From positions 66,154,001 through 66,218,000 of the forward strand of contig NC_042998.1 in the NCBI RefSeq assembly GCF_006345805.1: a stretch of 64,000 nt of DNA, in the 5' to 3' direction. The DNA is from Octopus sinensis. Taxonomy: Eukaryota. This document shows positions 14,055 through 27,506 of the stretch, one piece after another (position 1 is the stretch's first letter; every line of letters starts with the position of its first letter). The notes under the pieces are model-generated. The model was given only the letters and a program-made list of their open reading frames with translations, ran no database searches and had not been told where the DNA came from. Made by a program: the position numbers and the translations under genes.

Positions 14055-14199
14055 CCAATATATAAGTTCCAGCAGTATGTAACTACATATGGATTGTTAG
14101 TGAATTTTTAACTCAGTTTTCCGTTTCTCTCGGACATTCCTCTGTCTCGAAACATAAAACACCCTTTTGTTTCCTTCCTTGAGCGTGTTTTAATATGTA

Positions 14200-14266
<67 letters not shown>

Positions 14267-14529
14267 ATATATATAAGTAATATATATATATATATACATA
14301 TAAGTATACAAACACACACACATATATATACTGTGTCGATATATATATTGGCGGATGCAAATTCCAACACCACGTTAGTCGGAAGAGATGCCGGATGATA
14401 GCGAAAGTAATAAAACTATTTAGTTCAAGACTACTAACTTCATACGACTGATTCTACACTGTAAATATTCACATAGAAGTACATACAGCTCATACATATT
14501 GATAGATAGGCGGAATTATATACATATAA

Positions 14530-14617
<88 letters not shown>

Positions 14618-14819
14618 ATATGCATATATACATACAAATATGTACATACCTACATCTATATGTATACATGCATGCATATATGTGTAGAAGCCGAGTAGCC
14701 GAAATAGGCACAATTGAAGAAGAGGGATATTCCTTGTGTTGTATGTCTCATACTCTGTTTTTCCGTTGTTTGAAAAAAAAGTCCGTTTCCATATTTTTGT
14801 CTTTAAGTTTTCGTTTCTC

Positions 14820-17128
14820 ATTCGGTCACTGGTAGATGAACAGGGGCGCGAATTGCTCGAGCCAAATAAAATGTGTGAGGCCTTTCAGCAGCATTTTGCC
14901 CGACTGTTCGGGACGAGTGGAGGGCAAGAACGTAGGGTGGACTTCAGTGCCTACCTACATAGCCTGCCACGACTCTCGACAAGAAAGACAGGGTGCTGCG
15001 AAGGTGCCATCACGGCGGCGGAAGTGCAGGAAGCGATAGCAGAATGCTCGAGAGACAAGTCACCGGGTTTGGATGGTCCACCCTACGAGTTTTACAATTG
15101 TATGCCAGACTTGTTTGGGGACGTCTTGGCAGCGGTATACTGCAACTGGCAGCAAAACGGGAGCATACCCGGTTTTGTGAGTCGAGGAGCTGTAACTCTG
15201 CTGAAGAAAGATCCAAACAAGGGAAACATTATAGATAACTTTAGACCAATCACGCTGCTCAATGCAGACCTGAAAATTTTGACAAAGGTGTTAGCCAAGA
15301 GGTTGGCGCTTGTCATCGAGAAACTGGTCGACAACGCACAAACGTGCGCCGTGCCGGGCCGCAGCATCCATGACAACCTCCATCTGATGCGCTACATCAT
15401 AGACAGGGTAGTTAACGAACCTGGCATGGGTGGGGCCCTGATCAACTTGGATCAATCGAAAGCCTTTGATAGGGTAGACCATCGATACTTGGAGGCAGTC
15501 CTGAGAGCGGCTGGTTTCGGTCCCGTCTTCCGCGGCTGGATAGCTGCCTTGTACAGAGGCATCCGTTCGGTAATTCGCGTAAATGGACATCTATCGAGAC
15601 CTTTCGACATTGCACGTTCGGTCCGTCAGGGATGCCCCCTCTCGGCACTTCTATACGTATTGACTCTTGAGCCACTACTGCGGAAGCTGGCGACTCTAAG
15701 GGGCATCCCGCGAGAATTGGGATGCGGGAAGAGCGTGTCTGCATACGCAGACGACGTCACCGTCATAGTGTCAAGCCACGAGCACATCGAGCGGGTCGGC
15801 GAGACACTGAAAGACTACGAAGCGGTGACAGGAGCAAAAATCAACCGGGAAAAGTCAGTGGGCTTGCGGCTCGGCACCTGGAGAAGCAAGCCCATGCCGT
15901 CCACCAGTACCTCCGTCGTGGGACGCTGGACAGACGGCCCGGTTGAGTTGCTCGGGGTCTGGTTCGGTCCGGACCTCCAAATGGAGAAGAACTGGAACGA
16001 GATAACGAGTAGGGTGGTCACTATCGCCAAGCAATGGGCCGAGAGGAAACTGTCCCTAAAAGGTCGGGCGGAGGTGGTGAACGCGTACATCGCGTCCATC
16101 CTCTACTACCGCCTGACCGTCGTACCTTGTCCCGACCCTACCATCACCAAACTAGAACGCATCCTCTTCCGCTTCTTGTGGAAAGGATGCGTCCCGATGG
16201 TCAGGCGATCCATTTGCTGTCAACACCCGTTAAAAGGAGGGCTGGGCATGCCGTGGTTGATGATGCGCAGACACGCGCTGAGACTGCGACATCTCCGGCT
16301 CTATGTAGACGACGGTGAACAGGTGTGGTCGCCGTTTGTGAGGCACGCATTCCCGCAACTCATCTCCATGACCGAACTACAGTCGTGGATCAAAAAGAGG
16401 CCGAGGAAGGGCGAATGGCACCGCGAGTGTCGCGTTGCTCTCAAGCAACTCTGCCGTCCCGGGTCGACCTTGAGTGACTTCAACACAACCAAAGCATTCT
16501 ATAGGGGATTAGTGGAGGGGAGGTACGACGACGAGCTCGGGGCAAACCTGGGCGTCGACGAGGAATACCTGACCCGCCTGTTTCAAACGACTTTCGGCCG
16601 GGACCTATGGACAACTTCCAGAGATCCCTGGCCTGGCGGTGCTACCGAGAAGCGCTACCCGTTCGGGATAAGCTCTATAGGCATGGCTCGAGAAACACGG
16701 GGCCAACCTGCTCGAGATGCGGGCAGAGCGACGAAACCGCTCTGCACGCAAACGTGCAGTGTCCAGCAATTTCCGACCTGTGGGCTTATGTCGAACGACT
16801 GCTGTCACGTGTGGGACGAGTCGGTTTATCAGCCGAGTCTATCGTTAATATCGTCACGCCTCCTTCCTTCAAACGGGAAGGAAGAGCTATTTTAATCATA
16901 CTTGTGGCTATGGCGAAATAATGTATCTGGTTGACGCGCCTGAAAGGATTAGAGACAAACACTTTCCTCTCTGGTCAATCTCTCATCAACTTCTTCAAGT
17001 ATCACTTGAAGAGGAAAGTGAGAGTAGAGAGGCAAGTTTTGTCTAGTGAATGTTTTAAAAAAAGATGGGTGAATGTAGCAAGGATGGCACGTATGAATGA
17101 CGAAGCCACCTTGACTATGATTATATGA
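14820..17128 (+). pseudogene. Tx1-like ORF2 (reverse transcriptase plus zinc knuckle), disrupted
   Basis: KSPGLDG, NFRPITLLNADLKI, LDQSKAFDRVDH, VRQGCPLS, YADD, GGLG, CSRC...HANVQC; 1-bp deletion near 16596 and GAA-to-TAA stop at 16919 relative to the minus-strand copy. Confidence 0.93.
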
Positions 17129-17493
17129 ACCGTAAAAATTAATACAGAGTTGCTTATTTGCAAAAAAAAAAGAAATATAACATGTGACTTCATTGACCGA
17201 GGTTACCGTGGTCTTTTCCATAGGCTTTTCTTTCCACGGGTAAACCTCACCTGTTCTCCCCCTTTACACTTCATATTGACATTTCTGTGATAACGATCCC
17301 TATTGATCAATTTTTTGCTCTCCCCCCACCTTTTTTTTTATTAACCCCTCCCTTTTTTTTGTCCTCTTTCTTTCCTTTTACGATCCCTTTTGATCGAAAA
17401 CCACCACTCCCTTTTTTTTACCCCCAAAAGAAAAGCTCTACCTTGTAATTTGTTCTATCTGTGTGCAGCCCTGTGTGGCTAATAAAGAAACAT
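14820..17493 (+). mobile_element. Tx1-like (L1-group) non-LTR retrotransposon, 5'-truncated
   Basis: GC-rich island with RT, CCHC knuckle and a 3' UTR with AATAAA at 17481, followed by (TATC)n; no endonuclease domain or ORF1. Confidence 0.95.
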
Positions 17494-18104
17494 ATATATC
17501 AATCTATCTATCTATCTATCTATCTATCTACAAAACAAAATTAAACAGTGTTTAACGTTTGTTAGTTTTTCCGGGGTGGGGTTGTGATATTTCAGATACC
17601 CATAAGAGCAATAAAATGCCAACCCACGAAATACAAAAAGGTGCAGCCATTGAATCCATATGTGTTGAACACAGGGATTTAGGAATTGTTAAATTTCTGC
17701 AGTTGCAAAATTCGGATAAAATTGGAAGCTTCTGGCTTAAATACTATATACAAATTTTTCACCAAGATGTAGTATCTTCTCACAAACCGACGTAATACAA
17801 GGCGTTATAGACAATAAAATAAATCGACATGATTACAGTACCTCAGGTTCGTTACTGGTGACCAACGTCCTGTTGATTTCCAAAATGAATAACGAGCATT
17901 TGGTGCATGAATGTCTAAACCATTGCGTATACACAAACCTTTCGAAATATATGCACGTAGTATTAAAATGCAAGTCTTGCCAGATTAAGGTTGTTTTATT
18001 AAGATACTAAATTTTTCTTCAAATATTTCTTACAATCTGAGGACTCTACATTCTCAGTGTTTCATATTAACATGTACAGACGCGCGCACACGCGCACATT
18101 TTTC

Positions 18105-21100
18105 CTTTTTTTCTAATTTCACTCCAATGGCCGCGATCATGCTGGGACACAGATGTTTACATTGCTACACTTTTACTAAATCTCCACCGATGTGTAACAT
18201 TAGGTGGATGCGAGGGCTTGACGTTGCTGCCCTCATCTGCGTTTCTTGCCTTGATGTAGGTTCGTCTGGAACTCTTCGCAGAAGATCCAGTTTTGTTTTG
18301 GAAAACATACACCCATGCTATGAAGATATCTAGAGTTTTGTGGGAGGATGTAGAAGATTTGTGAGCCTTTGAAGCCCAAGCTGTTACAGTATCTGGTTTT
18401 GTATCCTGATGGTAATGCTGGGATTATTTTTACTCTGCAGTGTTGCCCCACCTTGCTCTCTATGTAGCAGAAAATGCCAAAGTTCGGCACAAGATTTCTA
18501 TGAATTTCCAGATGTATATTACTACATATCTTTTCTGCCTTCGCTCTAAGTAGAAGAGACCGCACTCTTTCAGTCTCACCCATGAGTTGTATCACATTCT
18601 GTCGATCTTCGTGTAGCCTCGCTGGATCGCCTCGAATTCAGTCGTAATTTTACACTGTTTGGTGGTCATAGTTCGGAGCAGCAATTCAGACGGCTGAGAA
18701 CGGAAGTCCTCTACAGGACCTTCATGATTTCCTTTTCTCTTGATTCAGGGATTGTTGTCTTCTCTGGGCCAGTGTGTCTTGGTTCCATGTAGTTCAGCTT
18801 TGTGTGTTGGTAGGACAGGGCTTGGAATTTTCCAGCAGTAAACTGCATGTTCTTTTCCTCAGCCCATCTCTATGTTGCGTCCAACTCATTTTGCAGGAGC
18901 TCAACTTTTCCAGGTTTCTGTATCCTCTGAGAGACTTTTGTATCGTCTACATAGAAAGCAAGATCAGCTGAGGGCATGTCTGAGAGGGATACTATGAATA
19001 GCAGTTGTCCTAAGATAGTGCCTTTTGGGACACTGCTCATTATTTGTGTTTCCTTGATGTTGGCCCCGTTGGTCACCACTACCTCACTTCTATCTTTGAG
19101 AAAGTCATGTAGCCATACTACAAGGTTCCCAACTATGCCAAGATTACGCAGTTTGTGACAAATCATACCATTGTCGTCTTTAGGAAAGGAGTTTTTCAAA
19201 TTCAAGCTATATCACGTCCACATTTGACTCGTTGAGCAACTGTTTAGCACCGAGGTTTAATGCTGCTGGAGCTGTGTAAGGCAGCTTCTACCTTGCCGAA
19301 AGCCATGCTTGATGTCAGTCAGCAAGTCATTCTCTTCAACGAATGCAATTAATTTCCTCCGGACAATTCGTTCCATGACGTTGCTGATGTGAGAGGTCAG
19401 AGAAATAGGTCTAGAGTTTTTAGCATGTCTTCTACTTCCTCAATTCAGGATGGGGCATATTATTCCCTCATTAAGTTTATCCGTGTGCTTACCATTTGCA
19501 AGTAAGCTCTGAAGAAGTAGTTGCAATAGATTTGCAAGGATTCCTTTGCTTGACTTGAGAAGGATTGTCAGAAATCACTCAGACCCAGCAGCTGAATTTG
19601 AATCTAAATCATCTATTGCCAGGATTACATAATTTTCTTCGATGTTGATGCGATCAATTGTTACTGACTTCCCTTCAGCTTCTATAGCGGTAAAGAAGTC
19701 TACATGTTTTCTAACATGTATGTGCCATAGGGGTGGAGGTGAAGACATATCGGTGCTGTTCATTTAGTGTTTCATCCATTGACATTGGGTTTCCCATGAG
19801 GGAGTCATCGTTTTGGAGGAGTGGCCCTACCATGCAATACACAGAGGTAGTCTCCTTCGCGCACCTGAACAAAACTTTAGGGTTTCCTTTTATATTTCTT
19901 GTAACCCAAGATTCTGATGTTTTCTTCTCATTCAGACTGATACGGTGCTGTTTTCATGCGGGGTTTCTTACCTCCATTGAGTTTTCTGTTGAGGCGGTTT
20001 GCAATCTTTGCACGCCGTCTTATAAAATGCTTCTCTCACTGAGAACCTCGTTTTTATGTGCAGTGGCACTTCTCTCTGTGACAAAATTGTAATATATAAT
20101 TTGTATTACAGACGTGAAAGTTTTCAATTTCATGTCAATGTCAGGGGTAGAGAGACACTCGGATCAGTCTCGTTTGGTAACCTCTTCGTCAATTGATTTC
20201 CAGGTTGCATTGTTATAGTTCAGATTGGGAAAACTTTAGCTGCTTCTGTAGGCAACATGTCTGTGGGTTTCTTTGGTACATATATTGTTAGCTCTATTTT
20301 GTTGTGACTCCAGATTAGTGTCTGAGTCACTTTCACATTATAGATGAGATACACATTGTTTATGAAGCAGAGATCAGATATATTGTTTGCTCTGGTTGGT
20401 TGGGGTTTATATGCTCTATATACAACTTGTTAGTGAGTTTGAGCAGGGATTCTGCATGGCCTTGCTCACATTACGTCATTCAAGCTATTCCGAATTGGGC
20501 AGACTGTTGTCTGCCATATGAGGTACGCTGATGTGCACTTCTAGTTTGTTTCTACTCTTCTATTCTTGCAAGGTAGACTTCCAATATACCCATGTGATTT
20601 GGGGTATCTGGAGGACGGTATGTAGTACATATCATTATATGGAGTTGTCTTATATGTACAATTCGTCTGTCACAAGCTGTGTTTGAGTGTGACAAAAGGA
20701 TCTAGGGCATGAGATCTTAACGAATGTACATTGCAACTTTGCAATACAACATTCTTTGGCATGTGTACATCATTTCAGCAATGTCATGTTTTAGGTGTGT
20801 TTCAGTGAGTGCTATGCATGAGGCTTGATTGCATGCAACAAGTTCTCTCAGAAATATATTTTTTCCTCTCTTATTGAGTTGTAACTGTCCTCTTAAGTTT
20901 ATGCAGTATATCGGTGTAACCTCTGTGCTGATGCCAGTGATGGATACCCTTGATTGAAAGGTGGGGTCTTGGATGATAGTGGGGATGGATTCAACCCTGC
21001 AATTGATGAAGCGAGTTTAGATATTTCACACTCTATTCAGCCATACGTAAAAGTTATTTTTGATGTGCTACATCCTATATTATGGACTGTGGATAGGGGT

Positions 21101-22050
21101 GGGGCTTTTTTGCAGGCAGTGCATTGTACATCGGCGTATTTCAGCTTTAATACATGTGGTACGTAACTTTTTTTTCCCTGTACAGTCTTCTTTCTCTTTT
21201 AGCGGAAGGTTTTAGCTTTTGATCTGCTTGTTATATGGTTTGGTATGGAAGAAGCAGCAGTTCACAACAATATCTCCATGCTATCAGTCGTCACGTTTCG
21301 CTTTATCTTTAATTTTTAGCCTTTTATTAACTCTTTCATACTTTTTGGTCTTGATATTGGAAGTGGTTGTAGGGCCATCAGTACTGGTGCTTTCATCTTT
21401 AGCAGGTCTCTCAATCTTGGTTTTCGCTTCAGGTGTGTTTCCTTCCGGATCAGAAAGGCCAAGGTAACATATGTCACTCATGTCAGGGCCTCTAGCCTTG
21501 CCATCTCTTTTTTTCTGTGCAAAGATGGTGTCCAGTGTGCTAATGTGAGGTCTGGTTAGAGCATAGGAGCAGATAAATTCTTGTTTATTCCGCTCTATGT
21601 GAGCTATGCTCCTTGTATAGCCATTACGCTTTAGAGCTGTCATCATAAGATTATTTGGATTGTTTCCATCGGCTCATTAGCACCCTCTCAATAAGAGTTT
21701 CAGTTTTGCAGTGACTCAATTTCGAGACATCCTTAGCCTGCCGTTTCCCACCTTTAAATATTTAAAGAAAGATTGAGATAGGGGGAGATAGGGAGAGAGG
21801 AAGAAACAGAGGTGCAAGTAGTATTGATCTATACTAGCACAGGTAGAAGAGGTATTAGTTGGGATAGGGAAGCGGGAACTATGTGTCTTTGACTATACGT
21901 TTTATAGACATATTCCCATATACACACATATTCAAAAGAGAGATATACAGGGAGAGAAAGAGAGTATGTATCACGGGGGCTAATTAGGTGTGTGTGCGTG
22001 CGAATAAGCTAGAGAGAGAGTATGGATGCGCTACAAGGAGGCAGCCACGC
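18105..22050 (-). mobile_element. Degenerate, near full-length CR1/L2-type LINE (APE endonuclease plus RT)
   Basis: Minus-strand motifs IALTETHL, YRPPD, PTRANNI.DLCFINN (about 20300-20920), SVPKGTILGQLLF, FYVDDTK, YCNSLGFKGSQIF; 5' boundary uncertain. Confidence 0.88.
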
Positions 22051-22424
22051 TGGTGAAAGGAACTGAGTAACTATTCAATCAATCGCTGATTAAATCGAAG
22101 GGTAGACGAGTGCAGAAACATATGTTTTGGGATCGTGAATGTGAAAAGAACAAGACAACTCAATTTACATCTTTTCGTAAAATTTCAGTTGATTGAAACA
22201 TTAATTTACAGTGCAGAGCCTAAAAAAGATTTATTTATAATGACACGTGTAGTTAATCAATTATTTAATTAATTAATTAACTAAATAATTAAGAACTCAA
22301 TTACTGGTTGCGTGGAAATCTGCAGATGTATTAGTCACACATCATCATGTTTATATATAGGAAAATATTATATTATATATATATATATATATAAGAAATA
22401 ATAATTATATGTGTGTATAAGAGT

Positions 22425-22535
22425 TATACACAGAGGGAAATGCACTAAGTGGTTTCTCATCACGCTACATACGTGAGTCAAATCCAGTTTCTAGCGCGAT
22501 GGGTAAACCACTTGGTGGCTTTCCCTCAGTGTATA
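22425..22535. repeat. Imperfect inverted repeat (about 44-bp arms)
   Basis: TATACACAGAGGGAAATGCACTAAGTGGTTT...CGCTA pairs with TAGCG...AAACCACTTGGTGGCTTTCCCTCAGTGTATA. Confidence 0.85.
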
Positions 22536-23205
22536 TATACATGATCACGCCCGAATGGTTATAGTCGTTCCTCAACCATGAATTATACTTTGCTGTTTTA
22601 GATCACTATGTGATTCTTCGCTGTGCTCGCTAAAGGAGCTTTGCGTGATAGACACACGATTTTGGAAATCCATATATTTCACTTTTAAAATACACATATG
22701 CTTCCGTTTTTTGCTTGTTTGTGTTTTTGCATTTGTTGCCGTACACATTCGTGAGCTTTCTTACAGAAGGGTCTCATGCTGTTAGCTTAGACTTAGGGGG
22801 GGGGACCAGATCGAACCATCTCATTTTTAACTGTCGAAATGTTCGTGACTTCTAGTACTTGACTGAAGAAAGAAAGCCAAGAATGACCTGTCTTTTTTGC
22901 CTGTCCTTCTCATTGTTGTTTCTATTGTCCGCGTTTGTGTCATCTATCTCTCCGAACGTTTTAATGCACTCGATTACGTTTTTCTTGCATTTATACACAC
23001 ACACACACACACACACAAACATACACACACACACACATATATATATACATATATATGTATGTATGTACATATATATATGCTGGTATTTCTGTATATACAT
23101 GTTTATAGACATATATGCACAAATAATCATATGTATGTATCGATATGTATACACACACACATGCACACATGCATATTTATATATATATATATGCGCGTGT
23201 GTGTG

Positions 23206-23245
<40 letters not shown>

Positions 23246-23740
23246 CAAGTATATATGTGCATGTATATGCATACATTAGAAATGTCATCTTTTAATAGCC
23301 TCCATATTACTATGTAAATGTGTATCAGGAAGTTGTGGAATATTACCAGAGTAATAAGAGCATATAAAATAATAAATGCCATTTTAATAATTCATCATAT
23401 ACCTATATCAACAAGGAAAGCAAATTATTTGGAGCTGTATATTTTTCGTACGATAATATATATCGCATTGCAACAAATTAAAGGTGTTCTTTTTTTCGTA
23501 TATTCATATAGAATTTATGATATTTTAAACGTAAAAGATTGGTATTCAAATACATTTCATATCCATTAATATTTATTTAATGGAATTTCATACTCTGCTT
23601 CTCAAACATTATACAGATTTATTACGTGTAAATTAGTGCAACATGCAAATTAGCAAAGCAGGTTCTTGTAATGTCCATTGCTTGAAAATAGTATTAAAAT
23701 AAATGGCATCATGTTTTCATACGTGTATGTGTTTGTATCT

Positions 23741-23789
<49 letters not shown>

Positions 23790-23815
23790 AATTTGGTATC
23801 TATTGTATATATATA

Positions 23816-23861
<46 letters not shown>

Positions 23862-24497
23862 ATGAACAAAAAAATCTCCTATATCGAAAACGATGGAAAC
23901 CTGTATTGCGACAACTGGAATTTCAACAGTATAAGGTACTAATATCGACGAACGAACGATAAACACCAGTACGTATACACATGTAGAGTTTCCAATATCG
24001 TTAATCGATATTGAGCTAAGGTGGCGTACGCTTGGAAAAATGTATCGCTAGGAAAGAAGGATCTCTTTCCATACAAACATATTTATGTATAAATATATAT
24101 ACACACACACACACATATATATATATATATTATATATATTATTATATATATATATATATTATATATATATTATATTTTATATTTATTATTATCCTTTATA
24201 ATGTTTAAATCTATATATATATATATATATTTTTGTCATCCCAAATTCATTAAAGTTTCACCCCTTTCCATTCCTTTCCTCTTTCTCTCAACATCAAAGT
24301 CCTTCCCTTATATGAAGTAATCTACCCAGTATTCATTCTATATCGACTGAAAAAACGGTATGGACGATTTGTTTTGGAGTCTAGCAACACCATGTACGCC
24401 TATGAGGATTTACTTTCTCAAAGGAACTCGAATTTTTCTCAACCTTTTTCTCAAACCTGCTATAATGTGTTACAAGTCTTTGGTGCGGCAATTGTAC

Positions 24498-24590
24498 GCG
24501 ACTGAAGAAGGCTTTAGATATATCTGTTATATCAATTATGCATTGATATAAGAATAAGTTGTTCAATAAAGCCCGAAACATATGTACCGC
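24498..24590 (+). ncRNA. Type I hammerhead ribozyme motif, intact core
   Basis: GCGA CTGAAGA A GGCTTTA...TAAAGCC C GAAA CATATG TA CCGC; nested perfect 10-bp hairpin TTATATCAAT/ATTGATATAA within stem II. Confidence 0.75.
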
Positions 24591-24691
24591 AAAATCTTTT
24601 GCATTCTGATTATCATTTACTTCATTTGATACAGAGAGAGAGAGAGAGAGAGAGGTTGATAGATACATACATACATATATAAATATACATA

Positions 24692-25620
24692 TAATAGAAG
24701 TTAAAATGCACGAGGAATAGTTAAAATATTTTTTATTAATATATTCAAAGCTTTAACCATTTTCACAATTTACACTGATTTTCAAAAGATTTCAAATAGA
24801 AAGACCAAGTTTATGTCGGGGCTGTCTTGCTTCTGACTAGTGTTTGAAGCTTGCCCCGTTTTTATAGAGAGTTCATGGATCAAATTAGTATACATTTTGA
24901 ATAGGACTTGATTCATACGGGATAGCCACGTGACTGCTACTAGGAATTTCTGTAAGTTCCCCGCTACGCCCGTGAGTTACTATCAAGTAACAATGTTTGT
25001 CGTGCCAAGTTAATGCTGACACGGTTAACTGCACATGTCCAAACAATCATGCTCTGAATGGTTTCTTTCAAGTCTCTGTAGGGAATATTCTGCACCTAAA
25101 AGGAAGGCCAACACGGTGGAGGGAACATGTTTAGTCATAGAAAAGGCACTCCAAATTTAAACTTTCTGGTGAGTGAGTGGAGATGAATCGTTTGTATATA
25201 GTCCAGAGGCTAAAATTTTAAGCTGCTAGCTGTGTGGGGGCCTCATCACAAGTGTCAGAATGAATTTTGAGTGTGAATAGTGATATGTGTTTGTACTTAG
25301 TTAAACTTTGTTAAGCTTTTGTTTGTATTTTTATGAAAGTATTTTCTTTGTTTATCTGTGTTTCATCTGTGGCATTCGGTGAACATAGAGTGGGAAGGTT
25401 TGGAATTTGGTGCACTTACTTTTGCTCATATGTATATGTGACCTCTCAGTCGAAACTGTCTAAAACTGGTGTCTCGTATTTGTTGTCGGTGAACGGTCAG
25501 TCTTTTTGTTTGTGTAAGCTTTGTTTGACCTATGTAATCTTCATAGATCAAACAAAGAAATTTGATAGCTGTATGTATACATGTGTGTATATAGGTATCC
25601 TATATGCCCATTGAAATTCA
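24692..25620 (-). mobile_element. Neptune-type PLE 3' fragment (degenerate GIY-YIG endonuclease plus pLTR)
   Basis: Minus strand of about 25560-25310 translates EDYIGQT...RLTVHRQQIRD...GHIH...FQTFPLY, paralleling ENYVGET...RARIHRQHIRQ...FKIFPFY of the long PLE. Confidence 0.75.
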
Positions 25621-25849
25621 ATTAATTTCGAGCTGCGTCTAACTTTGTATATCTATACACCACATACCTGAGGTATATATATAGTATATATAAATATATA
25701 TTTCTCTGCGTGTGTTTCTGTATGCATATATGTGTACGTGTGTGAATATGCATACATATACGAGCTTTTGTATTTATATAGGTGTAAATACGCATATTAG
25801 CCTGCATGATATATGCATAAATATACATATATATATGTGTGTGTGTATG

Positions 25850-25902
<53 letters not shown>

Positions 25903-25957
25903 CATATTGTACCAAATATACCATTCTCTTCATATTTATATATATATTATATATATT

Positions 25958-26009
<52 letters not shown>

Positions 26010-26011
<2 letters not shown>

Positions 26012-26338
26012 GGACTAGGTACTGCAATAATCTAGGGTTCAAAAGCGCACAGCCCTTCAGTACCCTGTAACAAAAATTAAGAAATATGTATAATCTAGGA
26101 GTAGATGTTTTCAAAAATGAAGTAGACAGCCTCTTCCCCACAATAATTGATGAACCAACAGCCTGGCATGATGTGCAGAAGAGACCAGGGCAGTCAAAAA
26201 CAATCTCATACCACAAATAGGCCAACAGCTGGAACAAAGGCATATACAAGTGTGGTTATGTGAAACACACCAGTGTGAGGATGTCATGAAAGACGACGGT
26301 AGTGCTCCATCTTGACCGCAGAGTAAAAGAGTAAAAAA
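26010..26338 (+). mobile_element. CR1/L2-type LINE extreme 3' fragment
   Basis: [16 protein letters not shown], homologous to the ends of the other two copies; terminates GGTAGTGCTCCATCTTGACCGCAGAGTAAAAGAGTAAAA. Confidence 0.75.
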
Positions 26339-26370
26339 ATGTGTGCATATATATAGAACAAAAAATCTTA

Positions 26371-26632
26371 ATAGGAAAATAGAAGTTGAAAATGCAGTGA
26401 GAAGAGTTAAAATATTTTCCATCATATATTTAAAGCTTCTCCGCTCGCCAACATACAGGCCCACACACGGTGGCGTTACTCCGCCGGGAACCTGACCACC
26501 ACCGCTCCACATGGGATGCCGCAGCCGCTGTGCAACCGCCCAGGCAGCCAGTCGCGAATGCAAAGGCTTCAAATATACAAATAAAAATATTTGAACTATT
26601 CGCAGTGCATTTTTATCTGATATTTTCCCTAT
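26371..26632. mobile_element. Short PLE-derived module with inverted ends
   Basis: 26371-26436 is the diverged reverse complement of 26566-26632 and matches the terminus at 24692-24752. Confidence 0.6.
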
Positions 26633-26637
26633 ATATA

Positions 26638-26703
<66 letters not shown>

Positions 26704-26768
26704 AGGATATATATGTATATAATATATACATATATATATATGTATATATATATGGTGAAGAATCAATT

Positions 26769-27506
26769 ATGAAGACAAAAAAACTACCAAAACAAATGAA
26801 TAGATACAACAAACTAACACCACAAACATACTGGACTCCCAGACATCAAAATAAGCCCTACCAAACACAAACCAAAATCCCGCTCCTTACACTGCCGAAC
26901 CCCCCAATTAACAGATACACAAAATATGAAAGACAACCATCAACCCAAAACCCCACAAAAACAAACACACCAACAGCAAGACGAGCACAATACATACAAC
27001 CAACAACCTATAACACTTGGAGAGAACAAATAGAATATGAACAACCACCAACACATAACACTGGACACCCTAAAGGGACACACACATGGAACAATATACA
27101 AATGGATAGAAACCAACACATAACCCACAACAAACATCAAGGAAATCGAAACCACACAAACACCAACCCCATGCAACCCCACAAATTTCCAAGATGGATA
27201 AAAAACAACTCCCACTATCAATACAATACAAACACAATACATGAACCATCCACCTACCCACAAAGAAACCTGAACCCCAGTAATAAATATTGGCTCAACC
27301 AACACAGAAGATGGGAAGAAAACAACTACCAAAGACAAAACAACACATACAGACCACACAGACCACCCCAACTACAAGAAAACCTAAGAACTGAAAATGG
27401 AATTTGGAGACGTAACAACACAACCCATTTTTTAGGGAGAGGATACTTCAACCATACTCCAGACCCAATACACCAAAAATTCCGGATGAACTCCCAAAAC
27501 ACATAG
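26769..27506 (+). CDS. Upstream low-complexity ORF (N/Q/T/P/H/R-rich) of the PLE, probably 5'-truncated
   Basis: 245-codon open frame overlapping the RT frame; no recognisable domain. Confidence 0.5.
   Translation: MKTKKLPKQMNRYNKLTPQTYWTPRHQNKPYQTQTKIPLLTLPNPPINRYTKYERQPSTQNPTKTNTPTARRAQYIQPTTYNTWREQIEYEQPPTHNTGHPKGTHTWNNIQMDRNQHITHNKHQGNRNHTNTNPMQPHKFPRWIKNNSHYQYNTNTIHEPSTYPQRNLNPSNKYWLNQHRRWEENNYQRQNNTYRPHRPPQLQENLRTENGIWRRNNTTHFLGRGYFNHTPDPIHQKFRMNSQNT

Noticed and set aside
14736-14819. N-terminus of the 719-aa ORF as a real start or domesticated RT gene
   Set aside because: It begins at a TTG in unrelated AT-rich flank upstream of the LINE truncation point, and the C-terminal ~100 aa are out of frame after the deletion near 16596.
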